From assembly GCA_965637545.1 (NCBI GenBank), contig OZ281496.1:28830001-28894000 (forward strand): a stretch of 64,000 nucleotides of DNA, read 5' to 3'. The stretch's first letter is position 1, and every line of letters starts with the position of its first letter. Below, piece after piece: positions 1-22,008 of the stretch. A program made the position numbers and the translations under genes. The notes below the pieces were generated by a model. That model was not told the DNA's origin, did not search any database, and saw only the letters and a list, made by a program, of their open reading frames with translations. Source of the stretch: Phallusia mammillata (Eukaryota).

Positions 1-2023
1 GCGGTGGCCCACGCTTACCATATGCGACTTTAGTCGCTTAACCCTTTCAACATTTTTACTTACCGTCAATACAAAGTTTTGAAAACAGCAATGGATTTTG
101 CAACTTGCACAAATTTTAACCGATCTTGGCTTTGTTCACCTGCAACTTGTACTTACCATTGCATAGCATGCAATAAAAGACAATACGTCATGGTTAATCG
201 CCGATCAATCGCGTTTTATTGCGTACCTATTCAGGCCTGTGTGTTTTACCCGACATCTGCACAGATTTTGCAGCCCTTCATCAGTATCCAACGGTCAAAA
301 AATGTACACAAAGGACTCACATTCCAAGAACTTTGTTTCTTGGACCAACAGCAATCCATTTCATAGATGACATACCGATAAACTCAGTAGACAAAACCAC
401 ACGTTGCATTTTGGAGCTTTGTGTTTGGTTATATAGAACTTTGTACAACTTAGCACTATACAATACTTACATGCTTGACAGGAGGTGCCATGCCATACCT
501 GTTTTAACAAAACTGTTTGTATTTCTTGACAATTTGCCTCACCTCGAGTAAAACTGTTGTCTCTTTGGTATGTGCATTGTAGTTGTTCCATCCTGAAGGA
601 TAATTCCAGTTCCAAAACTTACCTTGTACCACACAGGGAAACAACAAATCTAAAAACAACCAAAAGCTGCAAAACATTTATCGAGCCTGTGTTGATCATT
701 CACTTGGGTTGTGCAAGCACACACCATTTTCCACCAGACAGCTGTAAGTCAAAACTGTCCAAGATCTGTCCGAAAACACTCCAGGAGGAAAATAGCATTG
801 CCAAAATTATTAGAATATTTGGCTTGACCTGTAGGGTATATGCTACAAAAATTTATATGTAGTCAATTCATACAAAAAATTTAAAATGTTACATGCAATA
901 TACAGTTGGAGTATATTTGTTATGGATCATTTGCTCTTTGTTACTTACCAGCTCACAGTACCTCACTTTGTCATCTCACAATATTTAAATTGACCACAAC
1001 CAATGCCATTTTAAAGTGTTCAATTGCATTGTATGCATGCTTTTCAACCTCATATTGTTTCCAAAACTTGTTTTTCCAGCATCAAAACATTCATCATAGA
1101 GACCAACACACTGTAAATACAAATTAAGCTGACACAAAAGTTAAAACTTTTACATCTAGCAGGATTTTAGTGCATACTAGTCTAATTAATAATAAGACTA
1201 CTAAGCAAACAAAAGAAAAAATGCCCCATAACCACAAATAACCAAATTCATAAATGCCTTCAGCAGAAATAGAACACATTTCTGATTTTAATGTTTACAA
1301 ATACAAACATATAAACACAGCTTACTTGAAAAAGTAAACCACCACAATATAACATACAGGATATAGATTTAATCTTACCTGCCGTTTAATCCAAATTCAA
1401 GTTTTCAGTAATGTTTAGTATAGGCAGCAAAATACATCATATCCAAGGTTCAACGAAATATGTATCTCTATTTTCCTAACGAATGTTTTAAGTTGAGTAA
1501 AAGGCACACATTTGTACTTACATTGCGTTGCTCTTAAAAAACAAACCTCCAGTTCTGAAACTTAACAAAAAACAAGCAATATATGTTCCGCAGCCGACTT
1601 TTTAAAAGTTTAAACGAGCCCTCCGAAAACTTGGAACCGAAACTGGCGCGAAAAAAACCCTTTCCCTCATCCGTATATATTTTTTCACATACCGATATGG
1701 TTTTAAACCAGATACTTATTGTTTCTTAAAAACGAAGTAAAAAAGTGGAACCACACTACCACGTTGATTCAAACTTTTATTTTGGCGCTGTGATAGAAAT
1801 TAAAATTCTAATGACAAATCGCCAAATCTACAAAAGTTGTGCAGTGCGCACGGACATTAAATGCACTCACAAAACAATAACACCACCATTTGCCTGGAAA
1901 ACCTGGATGTTCCTGCACCCAATATTTAGTTAAAAAGGCATGAGAAAAACAGTAATAGTACTCAAAATTGTTTTTAATCGTTATAAACATCACAGTAGAC
2001 AGGTGCATAAATGACATCCGGAA

Positions 2024-4858
2024 TCAAAACTTGTCTTCTGCACTGGTATTTTCAAGTTGTTTGACAATTCTCTGCTGTCGTTGTCCACGAAGTCGTCTAA
2101 TATCTTCACTGTATTGCTTCTCTCTGAGAAGATCTTTACGTTGTTCTTCCAATTCTTTCCTGTTTCCATGCAAATATAAATAGTTTGCACATAGTAAAAA
2201 ACATTTATTGGGTGCTATAAGCTTCCGATTGCATAAAGTTGTTGAAATGTTAGACATCAAACAGCACCACATACACTACTATTAACGAGAGGCCTGATGC
2301 AAGCTTACATTATGTGAGTTTCACTTTTGTGCTGCTATATATCTTAGTCTCTTAGTAGACACAATTTTTCAGAAAATCCCAACTAATATGCTCATCGACC
2401 TGAATAACTATTCACCTGTGTTGATTTAAAATTCTGCTTCTGTTGATTAATTCCAACAGCTCAGCACGTAATGCACGATTTTCCACTTTAATGCTCTCTG
2501 CATGCTCGCCAAGGCATTTCACGGCTTTCTACAACAGAAAAAAATAAAGATGAAAAATAGATTGTTATAAGTTGGTCATTCTTGCTGTTATGTTGTGTTA
2601 AGGTAAGGTTTATTTATTCCCCTTCGGTCAAAATGTTTGTGAACACATATTGACTAAGACTACGTAAAATAAAACAAATAAGTATACAGATTTTTTAGCA
2701 TGCAGCATACGCCTACTTTATTTGCTTCTCTTGCTAGGTCTTTAATTCGTTCTTCAGATTCTTCTGTATACTCTGATTTTTCATGCAAAAACTTTGCTTT
2801 TAGTTGTTGAATGGTGTCAGAATGTGTTCCTCTCATACGCAAAACCTCACGTTCAAGCTGCTTAATGCGCTTTAGCTGATCGTCACGGAGGTCCTAAATG
2901 AAACTAAATTGAGTGACAAAAAGTTTTTTTCCAATGACAATACATCAAAGTAAAGAATACTGCACTACACATAGGTGGATGCACTTTTAGACGATATTCA
3001 CGGAGTAATCACTATGTGCAGAAAAATATGGAGTAGATGCAATTTTCAAAATTTACTTCATAGGATTTCACCTACCCGATACTCTGCCAGATCTTGATAC
3101 TCCTTTTTGGCTTTAGTTAACAAATTTTCTTTTTCCAACAAACTTGCTTTTAGAGCTGAATAAAAACAGAAGAAATATATTAAAGTCATATCACCTTATT
3201 GCATGTACAATACATCCCACAACCTATAGATCAGGGGTGGCCAGACCTGCTTCATGCTCGAGCCGCATATCACAAAACTTAGTTTAAAAAGAGCCGCAAG
3301 ACAAAAAATCAAAAACGAATTTATTCACTCACAATGAAGTCTACGCTATCAAATAATGATTGTTGTGTGGTGATGCTATGTGTCTCCACCTGGGCTGCAA
3401 GGTGTTTGAAATTAGGCTGATATGATGGGAAAGTTTTTGTGTTTAGCTTCGTAATGACGTTTCAAGTTACTAGTTTTGTAATGATTGAGCGAAACTGGAC
3501 AAATAAGACACACAGGTTTACCTCCATTATTAATGAATGCAAACTCCTCCTCCCATTCTGTTTAAAAAGTTATATTTTCCTGTTTATCTTTCTTTTTTTG
3601 CAGTTATTTCTCAACAACGTTTTTTTTTGGCTAAACTTTGCAGTTATTGAATGTGCAACATTAAAGAGCCGCAATCAAAGGCTCAAAGAGCCGCATGCGG
3701 CTCGAGAGCCGCAGTTTGGCCACCCCTGCTATAGATTTTGAGCCACTGAATTGGATACCACCCATAACAGCATATAATTCATACCAGATTTCTTTTCTTC
3801 ATAATCGGTAAGCATGAGTTGTTTCTGTCGATTAATCTTTTCTAGTTCTCTCTGATTTTGGTCACTGAGAGATATGATTGTGGTTTGGCGCTTGTGGGTT
3901 TTCTTTGCCATGTAAGACATGTACTCATGCTGTAAAAAAAATAACTTTAAAACTGCCCAACAAACTTTGACTAGTTAGTACGTAAGATTGCTTACACTCT
4001 CCACTCTGGTTTGTTGAGCTTCTGTTTGCAAGAACTCATTTTCTTTCCGCCTGTGATTTATTGCAATATTAAGGAATACAAAAAAACACATCATACATCG
4101 CATTTAATGTTTTTGCTTTACATAGTACTAGATGCTAGGTCAAGTTGTGGCTTGTACTTTTTACCTAAATGGTAAATGTACATTATATAATATATGGTGA
4201 ACATAAAGGTACCATTCAAATTACTTCTCTACATAAACAAAGGAATTAGCATGTAACACAGGTATGATTGATAATATTGATTAACTATTGTTTATCAAAC
4301 TCCAGCAAAACAAGGGTGGTAAAATCAGATGTAAACATTTAACTGTACGAAGGATACAATTCATCAACTTCCTTCTTGTGTCGTGCCAAGTCATTAGTCA
4401 AAGTATCCAATCTAAAAACAGGTTAACCAAAATTTGATTACATACTCACATTACAAAGTCAATAAGTTTATAACCTTTGGGTAAACATATCAAACAAACA
4501 TAAAAAAATTGTAATTGCTTTCACAAACACAATTTTACACTTCAAATACTGAAGCCTGTTTTGCACTTTTACTTTTTTAATTATTGTCCTAATTTGATCT
4601 TTATGTGTTCTTAGGCTTTGCTCGGCCCACATGATTTCACAATTCCAGTCAATGTTTTGGCTTATAATTTATATATAGCTGAAGATTAGCTCTTTCTAAT
4701 ACTTACTCCTTTTGTAGTAAAACTTCACGATCAGTTGGACCCATTGTGTCTTCAATTTGAATCGTTTCTTCTCCACCTTCAGGTGCATCAGCACCCGCTT
4801 TACCTCCCCCTGCTGCTTTCTTCTTACCCTTCTTGCCCTTCTTCTTTTTCGGAGGCAT
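2024..4858 (-). CDS. CCDC166: CCDC166-like coiled-coil protein (DUF4515 family), 8 coding exons, 303 aa
   Basis: Exons 4858-4707, 4411-4358, 4050-3996, 3929-3785, 3155-3076, 2893-2717, 2528-2416, 2159-2024 join by GT-AG introns into one frame (912 nt). Protein MPPKKKKGKK...LRKENEFLQTEAQQTRVES HEYMSYMAKKT...QLKRIKQLEREVLRMRGTH...KAKFLHEK...SIKVENRALRAELL follows recalled vertebrate CCDC166 motifs (LRxENxFL, RIRALERELLHMR, IKADNGRLRQELL). Confidence 0.75.
3232..3728. mobile_element. hAT-type MITE (497 bp) in a CCDC166 intron
   Basis: Terminal inverted repeats CAGGGGTGGCCAGAC / GTTTGGCCACCCCTG; identical 8-bp target-site duplication CTATAGAT at 3224-3231 and 3729-3736; internal GAGCCGCA subterminal repeats; no ORF. 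Confidence 0.9.
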
Positions 4859-5538
4859 ATTTGTAAAAAAATGTTTAGTTAAAAAGTAAAGTCTAAATGC
4901 AAACAGTACCACCAATGTTCGATTAAATTGCACCATTTCATTCATCTATCTATATTACGTCTCTATATTGTATTACTGATGAAACTATCCCAAATGTATA
5001 CGTTGAATGCATAAGGTATCATAAAAAGGAACATAGTAAACAAAGCTATCAAACTTAGTGGGCCAGGAACAAAAAAATTGGCTCATCAGCACAGAAGGTA
5101 CAGGTCCTTCCTTGACAGAGATGATACTTTTTTTCGTCAAAGCCTAATATCAATCCAATCTAGTGGGTTGCCAGTTGCCTTAAGCGGCACTTTACTAACT
5201 CTTGCACTGTGTCTAATTTTGGCACTTTAACTGCTTGTAATACGTAAAATCATAACTATCACCTTTCTAGTACCATCTGACCAAACACAACTTTGGAAAC
5301 ATAATAATTTGATGCTCAAAATCATCTTAACTCCATCACTATAATTGCATATTTATTCTAAAGCTTAAATATTAGCTCTTATCTAAACTTTTATTACAGC
5401 TATCTTAAATTTACCTTCTGCCGAAATGATGGTTGTGGTGCTGAAAAAACTTTGTTCTGTTTAAAAACTGTGGTAATAAACTTTTTGTCCTTTTTTTAGC
5501 TTGTCTGGAAATGAGGTAAAACGTAAGGGGCTTCACCT

Positions 5539-5552
5539 GTTATCATGACAAC
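5539..5552. promoter_or_regulatory. RFX X-box-like element in the divergent CCDC166/ADPGK promoter
   Basis: GTTATCATGACAAC, a near-palindrome matching the X-box consensus GTTGCCATGGCAAC, about 120 bp upstream of a putative CCDC166 5'UTR exon (donor at 5414). Confidence 0.5.
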
Positions 5553-6157
5553 CGAAGTAACGTAAATGTAGCTGTAGTCGAGTTTTTGATTTATGGGTGA
5601 ATTCAATTAGGTTAGGTAAACAGCTTCTCTTAAGTTGCTAATGTGTTAAAGAGTGCACAAAAAGCATTGATGGCAATGCTTTTTTCGTTGGGTTGGAACC
5701 AAGGACGATCGTATACCGATAATGGTTTTTAATGGACGGTTTGGAGCCATGGACCATTCGTTCAAGTTTCTGACCCAACAAGCACTGATACCGTGCATTG
5801 TATTTTGTGCATTTTCGTGACTAATTGACATCGAAATTAGAGCAAGTAAGATGGATGTGTTTTGTGTCCGCGGCCAGTCAACTGCACGATTTCCGACAAT
5901 TCTTCTTTTTTTGTTCATTTCCTATCCAGCTTGTTGGAAAACGCGTGTTAGATTACGCTTTCAAATACTGCCTAGAGAATTTTGCTTCGTGAAAAATGTA
6001 AATAAACCCGGTATTAAACTTGCTAAAACGCAAAATCGGGCGTAAAATAGAATGGAAATGTACATAACAATGGATGAGTTTATGTTTAATGTTAGGGTCA
6101 ATTAAGTACTTAAGTAACGTAATAGCTTTTGGATTGTTTCCCACAGTGCAGTGCACA

Positions 6158-8913
6158 ATGGGTTTAACTGTAGCTAAATTCGGAGGCATTGTCGTTCTTC
6201 TTGCCATATTGTATTCTGTAACTAACAAAAAACAACATGGCGTAAATGAGAAATTACCTAGTATTCTCCAGTCGCTTAAAACAGCGGAAAAGGAGGTAAG
6301 CATAAAACTATCTCTAAAAACTTAATTGTTGCAATTTGTTTTGTTATTGTTACGTCATTTTATGACATAACACGCTAGAAAGTCAAAGAAACATTTGAAT
6401 TAAGCAGCAAGAACTTGGGTCACACAAATAGCCACAAACGTCATAAACACTCGGAACCCGCATCCCTTTAATATTTAGTTATGAAAATCAAGCGCATTTG
6501 TCCAATCAGTATCTCTAGGTGAATGGTCTCGTGTTTTTTAGGTGAGCGTCTTAAACACGCGAATTCGTAGCATTTGGTTTGCAAGCAATGTTTCATGCAT
6601 CGCTAGAACTGCTAGCTTAGCTCCATTATCGGTACCAAGTCAAGTGTAACTGACCACTTCTTCTTTCGAGTTAAAGTCTTTTTCTCTTATTTTTTAAATA
6701 AGGCTGCCTCGTCTTCAGTATGTATACAATGTAAGAGTTTCGACTAATCGGACTCCGTCCCCACTGTGCATTTCGCGTTTACGTAGTAGATCGGTGCCTT
6801 TCATGTCTATATGTGCATATACTCGATGCTTTAACCAGTCTTTTGCTAAATACATTTCTACCCATATAAAATGCTGTGGCATTGTACTTTACTGCAGGAT
6901 AGGCATCCCAACAAAATAGAACTCACGTGCGTCCTTTATGGCTATCGTGTGAAATAAATGAGACTCAATTACTAGTTAATATTCGAAACATTAGGTTCAT
7001 GAAGGCAAAAGGCGCAACAGTTATGTTTTAAGTTTCGACTCAGTAGCAACACGACACATACAGCCCGCAAACACTTCTTTTCTTATAGCCTTAAATGTTT
7101 GTAAAAGATAAAACCGGTATAAATGACAACATGTTTCTAACTTTAAACGTAAGCATAAACGCGTGATTTGGTTAAAACATATTTTAGCCTTAATAACATG
7201 CACTGATTCTTTTCAGTTTAAGCTTGCCTCACCACCCAGGATTGCACTAGGATTCGCTGCATGTGTGGACATATTTGTCGATGCAGCGGCGTTTTTGGAA
7301 GCCGCCAAGATTCCCCTTCCCGAGTCACCGAAACATCACATATCAACAGCAACACTTGAAGAGTTGTCGGAAATCTTTGCCTACGTTTACACAGAAGGAG
7401 CTGCCGCCACAAGGCCAATGTCCAACCTTACGCTTTACCAGGAGTTGATCGCAATCGCAGAGGTTGTACCAGGTGCCAGGGTTTCTCTGGGATGCGTAGC
7501 ACCCGTAATGGGCAATATGTTGGCCAAAGAAGGAGCTAAAGTGTTGATTGGTGCGGACATTGATTCCAAGTATAAAAGTTTTCTCAGGCCAGGCGTGAGT
7601 GTCGTTGGCGATACTGATGGCCATAACATCGACGTTCACATTATCATGGAATACAAGACGGGTGACAAATGGGGGAAGTACCAAGCAGTCAGAGCCAATA
7701 GATACGTCATTCATGCTGACCATATTATGCCACATGTCTACGGAGTGGAACCGCTGTGGAAAGCGTACAAGGAGTTTAAGCCGGATTTGGTGGTTGTTGG
7801 CGACATTCACGCCATGGACAACTTTCCATTTAAGTAGGTGTTCGCAGGGCTCACAAAAGTATTGTTTATATACGTTCGGCCTTAAAGTGTGCTATTTTGA
7901 ATGAGGCTAAGTAAAAACCACGCTGTTACAGTTTGCAATATGTACGGTAGGGGTTGTGAGACATGTTCTCGGAACATAAGTTTTAAGCGTTGCCCGGAAA
8001 TTGTGGATGTAATCAACTTACAGGAAACAGTTTGAAATACGATTAAAATTTCATACTAAAGTAAGTGGGGCTTTTTCTGTCCATATACTTACTCGTCTTT
8101 ATTTTCGTTTACCCCAAAACTGCTATAAAAACTGTACTTTTAAATATAATGGCAAAAATTTCCCTTTAGTGCCAGAGAATCTTGTCACCACAACGGTTGC
8201 CACGTTAACAATTTTGTTTTATTGAATTTAGGCCTGGTGTGCGCAAAGCGAGACTGGGATCTGTGAAATCGTTTTTGGCTGAAACTGCAAGTGAAGGCAT
8301 TCTTAACCACTTTGAATTTGCATCTTTTGTGGATCGAGAATTGCTTGAAGACATAAAAGAGAACATCTTACCCCACGTTCATTCAATGGGCATGAATGAA
8401 CAAGAATTGCCGAATATGTTGAGCATGGTTCGTTTTGGAAAAGTTACCCAAGTATCGGACGCATACCCTGAAAGTGCCCAAGTTCTTGACCAGTTGCGTA
8501 TGACCTACCAGTTAATAAGGCAAAAATACGGAATTCTTTCCCGTATTCATGTCCATACCTTGGCCTTTCAAGCTATTCTGACCAGAAAACAATCACCATG
8601 GCGATATAGCAGAGCCGCAGCTGCCCACGCGTCGCTCACTGCCACGAGATACGTTTCTGGAAACGACCAGATTCAAATTGAAACTTCAAAACTGCTGATG
8701 AACAACACATTTTTCACGTCCTTAAACGCCGACAAGGCAAGACGCATTGACCTGCACCAATCAGAATCCGCCACGTGTTGGGAAGAGATTATAGACGACG
8801 ATAAGGTTTTGATATGTGTTGCCCCAAATCTAGTTTGCACAAAGGTAAAGCAAACATGTGGAGCTGGCGACCACATATCTGCCGCTGGTTTAATGTATCA
8901 AATCCCGGTGTAA
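6158..8913 (+). CDS. ADPGK: ADP-dependent glucokinase-like protein, 3 coding exons, 478 aa
   Basis: Exons 6158-6295, 7217-7833, 8232-8913 are in frame (1437 nt). N-terminal hydrophobic anchor (GGIVVLLAILYSV); motifs RIALGFAACVD, DVHIIMEY, RANRYVIHAD, FEFASF, SMGMNEQEL, RIHVHTLAFQ; ribokinase-fold anion hole TCGAGDHISAAGL. Confidence 0.9.
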
Positions 8914-9630
8914 AAACTCTGTTGAGGCAGAAGTGAGATTGTCAATGCTCCTATCAATCTGCTTGAATTAAATACATAGATACGGTTTAAATAAAAGCAT
9001 TGAGACTGTGTGTGCTGTTTTAAACTATTTTATGTTATTCGGATTTCGTTTTATTCTCATGTTATTCGGATTTCGTGTCTTGTTGTCTTGTACACAGATC
9101 AAGAAAGATTTTTTATACTGTTTGTCATTGAACACTTCTGACAAAAAATCTGAACCAGAAAGCTTTTTGTCCTGCTGTGGTTTAAAATATGGTGCTGTAC
9201 AGTTTTATAAATTTATAATAGGTTACGTGTCCATATGAATCAAAATGGAAAATACACGTTTCGTTATGGTTTGTTGAATTGCCACCTTCTACTTTTCCTT
9301 CAGTTTATGAGACATGTGTGCAAATAAAAGAAACTAATACCAACTAATTTGTCAAAACATCTTTGTTTTATATTTCAGCAGTCGTCGTCTACAGACAGCA
9401 AGGTTTTAGGGGTACCGGTAACCGAAGTGTTTTTAATCTTACGTGGCTTTAACTTTTGTGGTCATGCATGAGCAATGAAGCAAGAAATATGGTGATTTCC
9501 CCTGTGTTTGGGAGCTGTTTAAAACTCACGAAAATGTTTGGATTTTAGTCAAGTTGCCTCTATTTAACCGATGATTGTCGTGAAGTATATATAAATTTGT
9601 AAATATTAGGAAAGCAACTTCAAATTCAAG

Positions 9631-20438
<10,808 letters not shown>

Positions 20439-21719
20439 CGTCACTGCACGGTTGACGTCATGGCACTCTTTTGTTTGCAAATGCATTGCCTGCAGCACCG
20501 TTTGTAACTTATGTTTTTTTAATGTTTGGATATGCCTGGTGGTTTTCCCTATAAGTGCTGCGGGCTGTTGGCTATTTTTTTTTCTTTGGAGAAATTGGTA
20601 AGGGTTTTGACACACGTTTTTGCACGACTGTTGCCTTTTCAGCGGCGCTTAATAGTTCTATATGCTGCAGTGTCTATGTTGTTTGATTTACAATCCCTTT
20701 ACCACTGTCTCAAAATCCAATAACCAGAACGTGCGGCCCTCGTGGCACTTCTGCTAAGACATCTGCTGCTTGAACAAATTACAATGCATTACAAACCTTA
20801 TGTGCAACGTGTTAATAGTCTTCATGCAAATTGCGATATTTTTGTAAGGTGGTAAATGCTGCAAACCGTTTAAAGCAATAACTTGTGCGTCTTTGTAAGT
20901 AATGTTTTTCACTGAAAAGGTGATTTTTAGACTTAAATAACAACTGCAGTGAGTATGTGCCTTGGTTTGTTTAAGGCCACAACTTGTCAATATGTAGATA
21001 GATAGTTTTATCTTTACTTCTGCTTGTGTGTTTTTGTCAACAATTTTTCTATATCTTGTGATGGTTATAACAGTGAAGGACTGTCTGACAGTCTGTGTTC
21101 TCCACGTGCTGCTAATTTTGGTGAACTGATTGCTTTAACTAAATCAAAATCATTCATATTTATCTATGGCCTAGCCGAGGTAAAATATTCTAAACATCAA
21201 TCAAAAATATCGATTCGACATTCGATGGCATTCGCATTTTTTGTGCAATTTTGTTTTAATTGAATCTATTCTGCAAAAACCTTCACCCAAAATGAACACA
21301 ATAGAAACCGCATGTGTGCGAATAGAAATCGTATATGCATGCGCCGATATGGGACAATTACTTGTGGTTTCGTTTCGCTTTGCTGACTTTATTTTTTGGG
21401 AAAATAAAGCCAAACAGGATTCATGATTTCTCAAAACGAATGCCGTTTACGGACTTGTATGAGCACCCCAAAAAATGTGAAAGAAAGTAGTTTGCTCCTG
21501 CAAAACTATCTTAAAACTATGTGTGCTATCCAATTCTGCTTCGTTTTGTCTGCTAATGGGTTGGATTGTGGTTATGGTCCTACTATTTTTAAGTTAGGTT
21601 GTTGTATTTTACATTACTTCTCCAAAGTTGAAAAGTTACTTCTTAATAACATTTTTTTTGAAACGCTATTTAATATACGGATTCATACGTTTGATGATAA
21701 GTTTTTCTGTTCATAAGTT

Positions 21720-21898
21720 TGATGATAAAAATAACGGCCCAAATAGACCTTAAAAGCGAAATGCTTCATTGTTCGAACGTTTTCGGCAAATGTCATAATC
21801 AGTGTTATAAAGGGCCACATCAGTTACACCCGTTCATAACCATTTGAGTCAATAAAGCATGTAGCTTTTTACGTATTTATGGGCCGTTATTTTCATCA
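21720..21898. repeat. Inverted repeat / possible MITE across the SEL1L poly(A) signal
   Basis: TGATGATAAAAATAACGGCCCA (from 21720) pairs with TGGGCCGTTATTTTCATCA (ending 21898); AATAAA at 21851-21856 lies inside. No clear target-site duplication. Confidence 0.6.
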
Positions 21899-22008
21899 TT
21901 AAAGAAAAATTCTTCCTGATTGAAAAGCAAAAAATACTGATTCTTTATTACGCAGCGTAATAAGACCTACATGCCGTACATGAAATCGCAAAAATTGTAA
22001 AAAAGACA

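Noticed and set aside
79-862. Plus-strand ORFs of 95-110 aa
   Set aside because: No recognisable motifs, they lie in different frames, and splice signals point to the minus strand.
5851-6045. 64-aa ORF upstream of ADPGK as a uORF or micropeptide
   Set aside because: It probably lies inside a 5'UTR intron (donor 5616, acceptor 6146); no homology recognised.
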